The notes under the pieces were generated by a model, which searched no databases, was not told the DNA's origin, and saw only the letters and a program-made list of their open reading frames with translations. Positions 44,526-54,696 of a DNA stretch of 64,000 nucleotides are shown here, piece after piece; the first letter of the stretch is position 1; each line of letters opens with the position of its first letter. Source of the DNA: Labilithrix sp. (GTDB lineage Bacteria > Myxococcota_A > Polyangia > Polyangiales > Polyangiaceae); the NCBI GenBank assembly GCA_019637155.1, contig JAHBWE010000017.1:64001-128000 (forward strand), read 5' to 3'. A program made the translations under genes and the position numbers.

Positions 44526-45452
44526 ATGGATCCAATCATCTCGATCAAGAACATCGACAAGACGTATGCGTCAGGATTCCGCGCCTTGAGGGGCGTCTCC
44601 CTGGACATCCGGCGAGGGGAGATCTTCGCCCTCCTCGGGCCGAACGGGGCCGGCAAGACGACCCTGATCGGCATCACCTGCGGCACCGTGAAGGCGACCG
44701 GCGGCACCGTGCTCGCCGACGGGCACGACATCGTGAAGGACTACCGCGCCGCGCGCTCGAAGATCGGCCTCGTGCCGCAGGAGCTCTCGACCGACATGTT
44801 CGAGACCGTCCTCGCGACGGTGACGTTCAGCCGCGGCCTCTTCGGCAAGCCGAAGGATCCGGCGCACGTCGAGAAGGTGCTCCGCGACCTCTCGCTCTGG
44901 GAGAAGCGGAACGACAAGATCATGACCCTCTCTGGCGGCATGAAGCGGCGCGTCCTCATCGCGAAGGCGCTCTCGCACGAGCCGAGCATCCTCTTCCTCG
45001 ACGAGCCCACCGCCGGCGTCGACGTCGAGCTCCGCCGCGACATGTGGACGATGGTCCGGAAGCTCCGCGAGAGCGGGGTCACCATCATCTTGACGACGCA
45101 CTACATCGAAGAGGCCGAGCAGATGGCCGACCGCATCGGCGTCATCCGCAAAGGTGAGCTCGTCCTCGTCGAGGACAAGAACGTCCTGATGAAGAAGCTC
45201 GGGAAGAAGCAGCTCACGCTCTTCCTCCGCGGCCCGATCGAGGCCGTGCCGCCGCCGCTCGAGCGCTTCGGCCTCGAGCTGACGAAGGACAAGGACGCCC
45301 TCGTCTTCACGTTCGACGCGCAGGGATCGGGCATCACCGAGCTCGTCGCCGCGCTGCCGAGCGCGGGCATCGAGCTCAAGGACCTCCAGACGAAGGAGAG
45401 CTCGCTCGAGGAGATCTTCGTCGACCTCGTCGAAGAGAAGGCGGCGTCGTGA
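44526..45452 (+). CDS. ABC transporter ATP-binding protein
   Basis: Walker [10 protein letters not shown]. Signature LSGGMKRR. Walker [11 protein letters not shown]. Confidence 0.9.
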   Translation: MDPIISIKNIDKTYASGFRALRGVSLDIRRGEIFALLGPNGAGKTTLIGITCGTVKATGGTVLADGHDIVKDYRAARSKIGLVPQELSTDMFETVLATVTFSRGLFGKPKDPAHVEKVLRDLSLWEKRNDKIMTLSGGMKRRVLIAKALSHEPSILFLDEPTAGVDVELRRDMWTMVRKLRESGVTIILTTHYIEEAEQMADRIGVIRKGELVLVEDKNVLMKKLGKKQLTLFLRGPIEAVPPPLERFGLELTKDKDALVFTFDAQGSGITELVAALPSAGIELKDLQTKESSLEEIFVDLVEEKAAS

Positions 45453-46210
45453 ACGTCTACGCGATCCGCGCGATCTACCTCTTCGAGATGGCGCGCACGT
45501 TCCGCACGCTCATGCAGAGCATCCTCGCGCCCGTCATCTCGACGTCGCTCTACTTCGTCGTGTTCGGCTCCGCGATCGGGTCGCGCATGACCGACGTCGA
45601 GGGCGTGCAGTACGCCGCGTTCATCGTCCCCGGCCTGACGATGCTGTCGATCCTGAACGAGAGCATCTCGAACGCGTCGTTCGGCATCTACATGCCGCGC
45701 TTCTCGGGCACGATCTACGAGGTGCTCTCCGCGCCGATCTCGTGGCTCGAGATCGTCATCGGCTACGTCGGCGCCGCCGCGTCGAAGTCGATCCTGCTCG
45801 GCACGATCATCCTCCTCACCGCGCGCCTCTTCGTCCCCTACTCCGTCGCGCACCCGGGGTGGATGATCGCGTTCCTCGTCCTCACGTCGGTCACGTTCAG
45901 CCTCTTCGGGTTCATCATCGGGCTCTGGGCCGACGGCTTCGAGAAGCTGATGATCGTGCCGATGCTGATCGTGACGCCGCTCACCTTCCTCGGCGGCAGC
46001 TTCTACTCGCTGAAGATGCTCCCGCCCTTCTGGCAGAAGGTCACGCTCGTGAACCCGGTCGTCTACCTCGTGAGCGGCTTCCGTTGGAGCTTCTACGACA
46101 CCTCCGACGTCAGCGTGAGCATCAGCCTGGCGCTGACCGCCGTGTTTCTCGTGGGTTGCCTCGTCGCCGCACGCGCGCTCGTGACCAGCGGCTACCGGCT
46201 CAAGTCCTGA
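45449..46210 (+). CDS. ABC-2 type transporter permease
   Basis: The GTG start overlaps the ATPase stop (GTGA). Six TM helices. ABC-2 family architecture. Confidence 0.8.
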   Translation: MNVYAIRAIYLFEMARTFRTLMQSILAPVISTSLYFVVFGSAIGSRMTDVEGVQYAAFIVPGLTMLSILNESISNASFGIYMPRFSGTIYEVLSAPISWLEIVIGYVGAAASKSILLGTIILLTARLFVPYSVAHPGWMIAFLVLTSVTFSLFGFIIGLWADGFEKLMIVPMLIVTPLTFLGGSFYSLKMLPPFWQKVTLVNPVVYLVSGFRWSFYDTSDVSVSISLALTAVFLVGCLVAARALVTSGYRLKS

Positions 46211-46230
46211 GATGTGCTAAGCACCTCGAC

Positions 46231-47529
46231 ATGGAACCGGGCGGGACCCTCGGCAACGGTCGCTACGTCGTCCGCGGCGTCCTCGGCGAGGGCGCGCAGG
46301 GCATGACGTTCGACGCGGCCGACGAGCAGGGCCGCCCCGTCGCGATCAAGCGCTTCGACGTCCGCGGCGCGAAGGGCTGGAAGGACGTCGAGCTCGCCGA
46401 GCGCGAGACGCGCGTCCTCTCCACGATCGATCACCCGCTCGTCCCGCGCTACATCGAGCACTTCGAAGAGGACGGCGCGCTCTTCCTCGTCATGGAGAAG
46501 GTGGAGGGCGAGACCCTCGAGGCGATCCGCAAGCGCGAGGGCGCGCTCTCCGAGGACGAGGTCCGCCGCTTCCTCGCCGACGCGGACCGCGCGCTCACGT
46601 ACCTCCACGGCCGCGCGTCGCCGATCGTCCATCGTGACATCAAGCCCCGCAACGTCGTGCGCCGGCCGAACGGCTCGTACGTGCTCGTCGACTTCGGCGC
46701 GGTGAGCGAGCTGCTCCAGCGCCGCGGCGGCAACAGCACGGTGGTGGGGACGATGGGGTTCATGGCGCCGGAGCAGTTCCAGGGCCGCGCGATGCCGGCG
46801 ACCGACGTGTACGCGGTGGGCGCGACCGCGCTCGCGTGCCTCGCCGGCGCCGATCCCGACACGCTCCCGCATCAAGGCCTCAAGGTCGACGTGCGCGCCG
46901 CGCTCGGGAGCCGCGTCAGCCCCACGATGCTCACCTCGCTCGAGCAGATGCTCGAGCCCGATCCCGATCGCCGCGCGCAGAACCTCGGCGCCGCGATCGA
47001 TCAGGTCCGCACCTCGATCTCGCATCAGCCGGCGCCGATCCACCGCGTCGAGCGCGTGCCGTCCGCGCCGCCGCCGCCGATGCCTCATCCGGCCGCGATC
47101 TACTACCCGCCGCAGCGCGACCCGCGCGAGGACGACCTCGTGAAGTCGCTCCGGCGCCTGCTCTGGGTGCTCTGGGGCCTCGGCTGGATCATCGTCCCCG
47201 TCATGCTCAGCCAGCTCCGCCTCCAGCGCAGCGTGCCGATCGTCATGTTCGGCGGGCTCGCGCTCGTGTTCATCCTGACGTGGCACAAGGGCGCCGCGAT
47301 CCGCGCGCTCCTGCGGAAGATGGGGTGGAGCCCGGCCGCCCAGGCGGCGCCACCGCCGGCGATGCTGCAGCATCCGAGCGTTCCCCCGGTCCACCACCGC
47401 GTCGACGCCGGGCCGCCGGCCCAGGTCCGCGTCCACACCACGGAGCTACAGCCCGATGAGCTCGGGAAAACGGAACGAACGAGCACGCGGACTTCGGTGG
47501 CGGCGGGTCAACGAGCGTCGCGGTCGTGA
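46231..47529 (+). CDS. Ser/Thr protein kinase with C-terminal transmembrane segments
   Basis: Glycine loop GEGAQGMTF. Further motifs VAIK, HRDIKPRN, DFG and GTMGFMAPE. Pro-rich linker and TM helices (LLWVLWGLGWIIVPVML; IVMFGGLALVFILTW). Confidence 0.85.
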   Translation: MEPGGTLGNGRYVVRGVLGEGAQGMTFDAADEQGRPVAIKRFDVRGAKGWKDVELAERETRVLSTIDHPLVPRYIEHFEEDGALFLVMEKVEGETLEAIRKREGALSEDEVRRFLADADRALTYLHGRASPIVHRDIKPRNVVRRPNGSYVLVDFGAVSELLQRRGGNSTVVGTMGFMAPEQFQGRAMPATDVYAVGATALACLAGADPDTLPHQGLKVDVRAALGSRVSPTMLTSLEQMLEPDPDRRAQNLGAAIDQVRTSISHQPAPIHRVERVPSAPPPPMPHPAAIYYPPQRDPREDDLVKSLRRLLWVLWGLGWIIVPVMLSQLRLQRSVPIVMFGGLALVFILTWHKGAAIRALLRKMGWSPAAQAAPPPAMLQHPSVPPVHHRVDAGPPAQVRVHTTELQPDELGKTERTSTRTSVAAGQRASRS

Positions 47530-47587
47530 TTCGAGCGGTCGTGACGCGGGCGGGAACATCCCGGCGGAGGGGCTGTCCGCGGAGGAC

Positions 47588-49261
47588 ATGCTCGCCGAAC
47601 AAGAGCTCACGCGCGCCCGCCCCTCCGTGAGCGTCCGGGCGCCGGAGCCGAAGCCGCACGTCCCCGATCTGCTGCACCCCGAGCCGATCGGGCGGATCGA
47701 CGTCGAGCAGACGCGCCTCTCGCTCGCCCTCGCGTTCGCCTCCGGCGTCACCGGCGGCGTCTTCTCCGAGGCGCTCGAGAACGCGAGCGTCGCGGAGTCG
47801 ACGTGGGAGCCGGCGTCGTTCGCGAAGGACCTCTTCCTCGCCGAGCTGGTGGCGCTCTGCTTCAAGATCACGATCGACGGGCGGCCGCATCCGGTCGCGA
47901 AGAAGCACCTCGTCCGCCTCCTCGCGCATCCGCCGAAGGACGTCGCGGCGGTGAAACATCGGCGCGCGGTCCTCGCGGAGCTCGCGGCGCAGCCGGCGCT
48001 GCGGTCGGAGCTCGAGCGGCTCTACGTCCTGCTCTGCCGCCTCCGCTCGCTCCTCGACGCCGCGAGCGACGCGGGGAAGTGGGACCCGAACCGCCGCCAC
48101 CTCGACATCCTCGGGGTGGTGAAGGAGGTCTTCGACTGCGCGGCGGAGGGCTTCCTCGGCGCGAAGTCGGGGCTCAGTCGCCTCGCCGCTTTCGGCCGTC
48201 GCGTCCAGGAGGCGGAGCCGTACCGCTCGCTCGCCGACCTCCTTCGCTACGACGAGCGCCTCGCGACGATGAGCCTCAAGATCCAGGTCGGCGCCGACGG
48301 CAAGGTGCGCGGCTTCGAGGTCGTCGCAGTGCAGGAGGACGACAAGAACCCGTTCGTGCAGTCGCCGTGGCGGCGCTGGCTCGCGAAGCTGGAGCTCTTC
48401 GCGCGCGGCTACAAGCTCTCCGATCAGGAGGTGATGGCGCGCCTCATCGACGCGGTGTTCGACGGCTTGCAGGAGGACCTCGTCCCGCTCGTGCAGCTCC
48501 TCGGCGAGATCGAGTTTTACCTCGGCGCGCTCGGCCTCGCCGACGCCGCGCGCGCGGCCGGCCTCGAGATGTCGCTCCCCGAGCTCGTGAGCGCGGGCGA
48601 GCCGCGGCGGCTCGAGGGCCTCTTCAACCCGCTCCTCCTCGCGCACGGCGTCCAGCCGGTGCCGTGCGACGTGCGCGGCGATCACCACGCGTCGACGGTG
48701 CTCGTGACCGGCCCGAACTCGGGCGGCAAGACGCGGCTCCTCCAGTCGCTCGGCCTCTCGCAGCTCCTCGCGCAGTCGGGCCTCTTCGTGCCGGCGCGCG
48801 CGGGCACGTGCGCGATCGTCCCCGGCCTCGTGATGTCGCTCATCGAGGAGGCGCGCGCCGATCAGTCCGAGGGCCGCCTCGGCACCGAGCTCGTGCGGAT
48901 CCGCGACCTCTTCGAGCGCCTCCCGCCCGGCGCGATGGTCATCCTCGACGAGCTCTGCTCCGGCACGAACCCGTCCGAGGGGGAGGAGATCTTCGAGCTC
49001 GTCGTCGAGATCCTGGGCCGCCTCGAGCCGCAGGCGTTCATCACGACCCATTTCCTCGCGTTCGCGGCGCGCCTCGAGCGCGAGAAGGCGATCCCGGATC
49101 TCCGCTTCCTCCAGGTCGAGCTCGGCGAGGGGCAGCGCCCCACGTATCAGTTCGTCCCCGGCGTCGCGACGACCTCGCTCGCGGGCCACGCCGCCGCGCG
49201 CCTCGGCGTCACGCGCGAGGAGCTCCTCGCGCTCGTCGACCGCAACAAGGGGCGCGGCTGA
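47588..49261 (+). CDS. MutS domain-V (ABC ATPase) paralog, MutS2-like, with no Smr or mismatch-binding domains recognisable
   Basis: Walker A VLVTGPNSGGKT. Walker B ILDELCSGTNPSEGE. THF motif. The start is uncertain, either the first in-frame start at 47456 (inside the kinase gene) or the ATG at 47588. Confidence 0.7.
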   Translation: MLAEQELTRARPSVSVRAPEPKPHVPDLLHPEPIGRIDVEQTRLSLALAFASGVTGGVFSEALENASVAESTWEPASFAKDLFLAELVALCFKITIDGRPHPVAKKHLVRLLAHPPKDVAAVKHRRAVLAELAAQPALRSELERLYVLLCRLRSLLDAASDAGKWDPNRRHLDILGVVKEVFDCAAEGFLGAKSGLSRLAAFGRRVQEAEPYRSLADLLRYDERLATMSLKIQVGADGKVRGFEVVAVQEDDKNPFVQSPWRRWLAKLELFARGYKLSDQEVMARLIDAVFDGLQEDLVPLVQLLGEIEFYLGALGLADAARAAGLEMSLPELVSAGEPRRLEGLFNPLLLAHGVQPVPCDVRGDHHASTVLVTGPNSGGKTRLLQSLGLSQLLAQSGLFVPARAGTCAIVPGLVMSLIEEARADQSEGRLGTELVRIRDLFERLPPGAMVILDELCSGTNPSEGEEIFELVVEILGRLEPQAFITTHFLAFAARLEREKAIPDLRFLQVELGEGQRPTYQFVPGVATTSLAGHAAARLGVTREELLALVDRNKGRG

Positions 49262-49491
49262 TGCCGACGCTCCTCGTCAACCGCAAGATGCACCCCGCCC
49301 TCGCCGCGCGCGTGGAGGCCGCGGTCACGGGCGGGCGGCCCGTCCGCGGCCGCCCGCGCCCGGCCTTCACCGCGCTCGTTCGTATCGCCTTTTTCGTCAC
49401 AATTGCGATATTCGTCTGGGCAGTCGCGACGACGAAGAAGCCGCCCGCGCGGGGCGCACCGAAGCCCGCGCCTGCGCTGACGGCTCGGTGA
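49261..49491 (+). CDS. small membrane protein, hypothetical (76 aa)
   Basis: The ATG shares 1 nt with the upstream TGA (TGATG). One TM helix LVRIAFFVTIAIFVWAVA. Confidence 0.35.
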   Translation: MPTLLVNRKMHPALAARVEAAVTGGRPVRGRPRPAFTALVRIAFFVTIAIFVWAVATTKKPPARGAPKPAPALTAR

Positions 49492-49503
49492 CGGGTCTTC
49501 CGC

Positions 49504-50217
49504 TCACCCGGTCGGGCAGATCTCGGCGATATAGGCGTCGCACTCCTCCGTGAGGCGGTCCATGTCGTCGAGCTGCTGCTGGTGACCTCGGTCGGTGGCG
49601 GTGCCGCCGAAGCAGCGATCGATCACCTCCTGCCGGGCGGCGCGGCACTTCGCGTATTCGTTGCGTCGCCCGGTCAGGCCAATGCAGATCGCCGCGCCGC
49701 CGCCGCTCGAGCGCACGAGGGACTCGCAGCTGTTCGGGAGGTTGTCGCAGGCGATGCCCTTCCTGCGCGCGAGGTCGCGGTGCTCGGCGGGCGTGCACGT
49801 GAGCTCGCTCTCGGCGGCGGGCGCGGCCTCCTCTTCCGCGGCGCTCTCGATCTGCGACTCGACCTCGCCGCACACGAGGTAGGTCGCGCCGGCGGTGAGG
49901 AGCGCCGCGAGGCCGGAGAGGGTCGCGGCCGCCGCCGGCGCGAGGCACACGACGGAGCCTGCCGCCGCGACGCCGCCGCTCGCGACCGTCACCGCCGCGG
50001 CGCCCACCGCGCACGTCCCCGTCGCCGTCGCCGAGTACACCGTGACCGCGACCGTCGCGCCCGCGGCGCTCGCGAGCACCTCGCACGTCGAGAGCTCCGA
50101 GGTCGTCTCGCCCTTCGGCTCCTCCACGACGGGCTCCGACGAGCACCCCGTCCCCGCCGCCACCATGCCTCCCACGATCACTGCGCCCACGAGCCTCGAC
50201 CAGGAGCGATTCGGCAT
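49504..50217 (-). CDS. lipoprotein, hypothetical, Cys-containing C-terminal domain
   Basis: Start taken at M7 (MPNRSWSRLVGAVIVGGMVAAGTGCSS). Ala/Gly/Thr-rich middle. The C-terminus has 8 Cys (CDNLPNSCES...CRAARQEVIDRCF...ECDAYIAEICP). Confidence 0.45.
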   Translation of the reverse strand: MPNRSWSRLVGAVIVGGMVAAGTGCSSEPVVEEPKGETTSELSTCEVLASAAGATVAVTVYSATATGTCAVGAAAVTVASGGVAAAGSVVCLAPAAAATLSGLAALLTAGATYLVCGEVESQIESAAEEEAAPAAESELTCTPAEHRDLARRKGIACDNLPNSCESLVRSSGGGAAICIGLTGRRNEYAKCRAARQEVIDRCFGGTATDRGHQQQLDDMDRLTEECDAYIAEICPTG

Positions 50218-50356
50218 CGCGGCGCATCTCTGCAACGCCCGAGCCGGGCAGGATGATCCAATGGCGACAATGACTTACGAGGGCAGGATCCAGCGATCTG
50301 CCCTGTAGCCAGGACACCGCCGCGCCTGCGTCTTTTACCCACCCCGAAGTAGCGCG

Positions 50357-53300
50357 CTAGTCGTCGAAGCCCGGGACGAGCATCCGCGCGAACTTCGCCG
50401 GGCGGACCACGCCTTCGCGTTCCATAAACGTCATCGCGGCTTCGCGTTCGGTTCCGCCGAGCCAGTAGCGCGCACACGCCGCGAAGGCCTCCATTTTGGC
50501 GGCGTCGAAGTGAGAGACGGCAACGGCGAGCCATCGGCGCGCCTCCTCCTGACCGCGAACCCGAGCGATCGTGGCGCGTAGCTGAGCGGCATGCCCCAAG
50601 GCCCCCGCCATCGGGTTGTCGTCGAGCGAAGCGGCGAGCGGCTCCACGAGCGCGAGCAACGCCTCGCGTTCGCGCGCCGACTGCGTCGCGGCACGCATCG
50701 CGAGGCCGAGACCGCGCCACAGGCACATCGAGAGCCCGAAGATGGGAATACGCAAGACGCCCGCTTCCTTGGCGAGCGGCCAGATCGCCTCCATGTGACG
50801 TCCGACCCTCGCATCGCCTGCGTACATCTCCGCGAGCAGATGCGCGACCGCCTCCCAGTAGTGGAGCGGATGAAAATGAGCGATCGAGGCTCGGGTGTCT
50901 TTCCATCGCTCGGACGCGTCCTCGAGCTCATGACGAGTGGTCGCCTCGTCATCCGCGGCCAGCCAGGCGAGCGGAGCGACTTGGAGCGTGGCGATATGGC
51001 CAACGACGTTGCGTCGCGCCTTTCCCTCGGCGATGGACTCGGTCACGACGCGATGGAGATCGCGAATCCGTCCCTGAGAGTAGAGCGCCCATGAGTACCA
51101 GGTCCGGTTGAACGAGTGGAACGCGCCCTGGCGGAGCCGTCCTCGATACCTCTGCCGCTCCGCTTTCTCGAATGCATCCGCCGCCCGTCGCCAGTGACCA
51201 CGAAGAGTGGCCACGACCCCTGTGATGAACGAGTGCATGCCCTCGAAGTCTTTGCCTCCGGTGCGCGCGAGCGAAGCCAGGTATCCATCCGCCGCCGAGT
51301 CGGAGGGACGAACGAACGCGCTCGTCCATGCCGCGTTCATCAAGGCGAGACTGCGCATCTCGGCGTCGTCGGAGTCGAAGCCGAGCACGCACGACCGAGC
51401 CCCGAAATAGAAGGCATGCGGCGTCTCGGTGAGCGAGAGCGCCATGGCGAAGGTCTGCATGGCATCGAGCCGCGCGCGATGATGCGCAGTCAGTCTTCGA
51501 CGGCGACGGCGCTTCTCGACGAAGAACCGGAAGTACACGACGAGGAGCACGCCGAGGAAGGCGGCGACCTTCGGGGATCGCGGCATCCAGAGCCCCAAAC
51601 GCTCGTTGACGCGCCTCACCGCATCGAAGCCTCGAACCGTCTGCCCGGCGGCAGTGAGCTCACCGGCCGCACGTAGCTCCAGGTCGGCGTCGTCCGCCTC
51701 GCGAGCGAGCTCGATGTAGAGGTCCGCCGCTTCCACGATCTGGCCCGCGTCGGCCAGCGCGTCCGCGAGCTGACGGCGAGCCGTGCGGCGAACGTCGTCG
51801 GCCGGTGAGAGCGACAACGCCTGGCGAAATAGCGTCGCCGCGCGCTCGGGCGCGAAGGCCGAGCTCGCGCGCTCGGCGGCGAGGAGCGTGAAGCGGAGCG
51901 CCTCCTCGCGATCGCCAGCCTCACGATGGTGAAGCGCGAGCGCGTCGACCTCCGACGCGTCGAGCACCTTCGTCAGCGCGCGATGGAGGGTGCGCCGTCG
52001 CTCCTCCTCGAGACCACCGACGACCGCTTCGCGGATGCGATCGTGATAGGTGACGAGCCACTCGTCGGTCGTGGTCCGCAGGAGCGACGCGGCTCGCAGC
52101 ACGGGAATGCTCCCGTCCTCCGCGCGGCCCAGGCTCGCGGCTCGGAGCGCACGCTCGCGCGATATCGGAGTGCCCGCGAGCGCCACGACCTCGAGGAGTG
52201 CGCGGGCCGACGGCTCGAGCTTTGCAACGCGCGACGTGAGCACGCTCTCGAGCGAAGCGTCTTCACCGTTCGCGGCAAGGGCACCGATGAAGAACGGGCT
52301 GCCGCCCGCCTCGCGGGCGATGGCGAGCGCCGCGTCGCTGTCGGCCGCCGGCAGGAGCTTCGAGACCAGCTCGCGAGACTCGTCGGCGGACATCGGCGCG
52401 AGGTCGATGACCTCGGGCGAAGCGTTCTCCGCGAGGTGAACGACGAACGGGCTGCGCGATTCTTCATCCGAGCGATAGCCGAGGAGAACCAGCATCTTCG
52501 GCGGGTCGGGCGGCGCGACGAGACGCGCGAGGAGCCAGCCGCTGTCGAGATCGCCCCACTGCAGATCGTCGATTGCGACGATGACGGGACGGATCTCGGC
52601 GAGGCGCGAGAAGAGCTCGCGCAACGCCTCGAACGCGCGGCGGCGCACCTCGGCGGGATCCATGATCGGCGCGCGACCGGCGCTCGCTCTCTTCAACGTC
52701 GGGACGCGCGCGAGCACCGGGAAGAGACGACAGAGCTCCGGCGCGTCGCGGGGCGTCAGCAGCGCCGCATCGATCGCGTCCATGCGCGCGAGCCGGCGAC
52801 TGAGCTCGTCGATGATAGGGTCGAGCGCCTTGAACGGAACCGACTCGCGCTCGTAGCAACGTCCCGAGAGCACGACCGCGTCAGGCATGCGCGCTTCGAC
52901 GCGAGCGAGGAACCGCTCGATGAGCGTGCTCTTTCCCATCCCGGAGAGTCCGCGCACCGCGACCACTGCCGCGCGTGCGTCGAACGCCTCTTCGAGACGC
53001 GCGAGCTCGGAGGCACGTCCCACGAAGACCGGCGTGAGGGAGGACGCCGCTTCGCTCGGCGTCGGCGGCTCCGCGCTCCCGAGCGTCGCCTTGATCTGAG
53101 CGGGTGTCGGGCGGTTCTCCGGCAGCGGCGCGAGGAGATTTCGCGCGAGGACCGCGAGGTCGGGCGGCGACTCCGGCGCGAGCACGCGCGGATCGGGCGC
53201 GAGCTCCTCCCGCGCCTTCGCCGCGATGACTTCGTACGCGGTGCCGCGAAACGGGAGCTCGCCCGTCAGCGCCTCGAAGAGCATCGCCCCCACCGCGTAC

Positions 53301-53950
53301 CAGTCGCTCCCCGAGCAGACGCCGTTGCGTACGAGCTGCTCGGGCGCCATGTACCCCGGCGTGCCCGCGCCCTCCTGGCTCTTCGTCGCGTCGGAACGAT
53401 GGGGCTCGACGAGCCCGAAATCGAGGATCGTCACCTTGCCGTCGCGATCGACCAGGACGTTCGACGGCTTGAGATCGCGATGCAGCTTGCCCGCACGATG
53501 GATCGCCTCCACGCCTTCGACCAGCGCGAGCATCGCCGCCCGAAGACGCATCTCGTCGATGGCACCGCCGAGCGGCTCCGGTTCTCCGAACGGCGAGCGC
53601 TTCGCGACGTCCGCCGGCTCCGTCGCCGCATGTTCGAGCGGTCCCTTGGTACGGCGCACGTAGTCGACGAACGGAGCGCCGTGAACGCGCTGCATCGAGA
53701 AGAACCAGAGGTCTCGATCGCTGAAGAGCTCGTGGAGACGAATCAGGTTTGGATGGACGAGGTCGGCGAGGACGCGAAACTCCTTCTTCAGGCGGTAAAT
53801 CGCCTCGCCGTCCATCCGTCCGAGCGTCTTCAAGGCCACGCGCTCGCCGCGTTGCTCGTCGAGGGCCTCGAAGACGACGCCCATACCGCCTTCGCCGAGC
53901 CAGCGCTCGACGACGAACCGACCGGCGAGCTTCGCCCCCACCTCGAGCAC
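50357..53950 (-). CDS. STAND-type Ser/Thr kinase: N-terminal kinase, central AAA/NACHT-like NTPase, C-terminal TPR-like helical repeats (1197 aa)
   Basis: Kinase motifs GEGGMGVVF, HRDLKPSNVL, DFGLV and APEQ. P-loop GLSGMGKSTL. Long C-terminal helical repeat region. Confidence 0.85.
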   Translation of the reverse strand: MLEVGAKLAGRFVVERWLGEGGMGVVFEALDEQRGERVALKTLGRMDGEAIYRLKKEFRVLADLVHPNLIRLHELFSDRDLWFFSMQRVHGAPFVDYVRRTKGPLEHAATEPADVAKRSPFGEPEPLGGAIDEMRLRAAMLALVEGVEAIHRAGKLHRDLKPSNVLVDRDGKVTILDFGLVEPHRSDATKSQEGAGTPGYMAPEQLVRNGVCSGSDWYAVGAMLFEALTGELPFRGTAYEVIAAKAREELAPDPRVLAPESPPDLAVLARNLLAPLPENRPTPAQIKATLGSAEPPTPSEAASSLTPVFVGRASELARLEEAFDARAAVVAVRGLSGMGKSTLIERFLARVEARMPDAVVLSGRCYERESVPFKALDPIIDELSRRLARMDAIDAALLTPRDAPELCRLFPVLARVPTLKRASAGRAPIMDPAEVRRRAFEALRELFSRLAEIRPVIVAIDDLQWGDLDSGWLLARLVAPPDPPKMLVLLGYRSDEESRSPFVVHLAENASPEVIDLAPMSADESRELVSKLLPAADSDAALAIAREAGGSPFFIGALAANGEDASLESVLTSRVAKLEPSARALLEVVALAGTPISRERALRAASLGRAEDGSIPVLRAASLLRTTTDEWLVTYHDRIREAVVGGLEEERRRTLHRALTKVLDASEVDALALHHREAGDREEALRFTLLAAERASSAFAPERAATLFRQALSLSPADDVRRTARRQLADALADAGQIVEAADLYIELAREADDADLELRAAGELTAAGQTVRGFDAVRRVNERLGLWMPRSPKVAAFLGVLLVVYFRFFVEKRRRRRRLTAHHRARLDAMQTFAMALSLTETPHAFYFGARSCVLGFDSDDAEMRSLALMNAAWTSAFVRPSDSAADGYLASLARTGGKDFEGMHSFITGVVATLRGHWRRAADAFEKAERQRYRGRLRQGAFHSFNRTWYSWALYSQGRIRDLHRVVTESIAEGKARRNVVGHIATLQVAPLAWLAADDEATTRHELEDASERWKDTRASIAHFHPLHYWEAVAHLLAEMYAGDARVGRHMEAIWPLAKEAGVLRIPIFGLSMCLWRGLGLAMRAATQSAREREALLALVEPLAASLDDNPMAGALGHAAQLRATIARVRGQEEARRWLAVAVSHFDAAKMEAFAACARYWLGGTEREAAMTFMEREGVVRPAKFARMLVPGFDD

Positions 53951-54399
53951 GATGCGAGACTACATCGACTTCGTCGCGGGCGGAGTCACCTGGGAGGGCG
54001 TCCTTCGAGAACGTGCGGATCACGGATGCGCGGTCAGGGGACGGCCGCGCCGACTCACATCGCAAGGCGAAAGAGCTTGCCCGAATCGAGGTAGTAGAGG
54101 AATCCTCCATCCGCGATCATTCTCGCACGCTGCGTCTTCTCCGCCTTCTGCGCGACGACTTCAGCCGATCCGGTGGTGCGGTCGACGCGCCAGATGCTGC
54201 CGTCGCATCCCGACTGGTAGTAGAGGCTCGCCGGCGTGAGGTGGAGATCCCACGCGCCGTTGGAATCGACCTCGGCGAGCAGCCGGGCTGCGGGTCCCGG
54301 TGTCTCCGGGACCGAGATGATGTCGTACCTGGAGCGTCGGTGCACGCCTTCGCGCATCGAGGAGCTGCGCCACCACGATGGGCTCTGGCCGCTACCGCC

Positions 54400-54690
54400 G
54401 CGCGGCACTCGCGCCTTCATGGGGCTCGGCGCCACGCCTCCGCCTCGGTCGAGTGCGCCGACTTCCAGGTTCTCGCGGCGCTCGCCGTGTCGGGGGCGGG
54501 CGTTGCGCTCGTGCCCTCATTCTTGGTCGCCGCCGAAGTGACACACGGGCGCCTGGTCCGCGTGGTACCGGGTACGACACTCCTCGGCGCGCCTCTGATG
54601 TTGGTGTCACGGCCCCAAGGCGCAGCGCTCGCGAGGGGCCGAGCGATACCGTCGGCGCGGCGCCGCCGCTCGGCTGAGCGCGCTGTAGGG
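54400..54690 (+). pseudogene. remnant of a LysR-family regulator (C-terminal substrate-binding domain fragment only)
   Basis: ADFQVLAALAVSGAGVALVPSFLVAAEVTHGRLVRVVPGTTLLGAPLMLVSRPQG resembles the C-terminus of LysR-type regulators. There is no HTH or N-terminal half. It is embedded in a region with no intact gene, 53951..54696. Confidence 0.35.
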
Positions 54691-54696
54691 ATCCGG

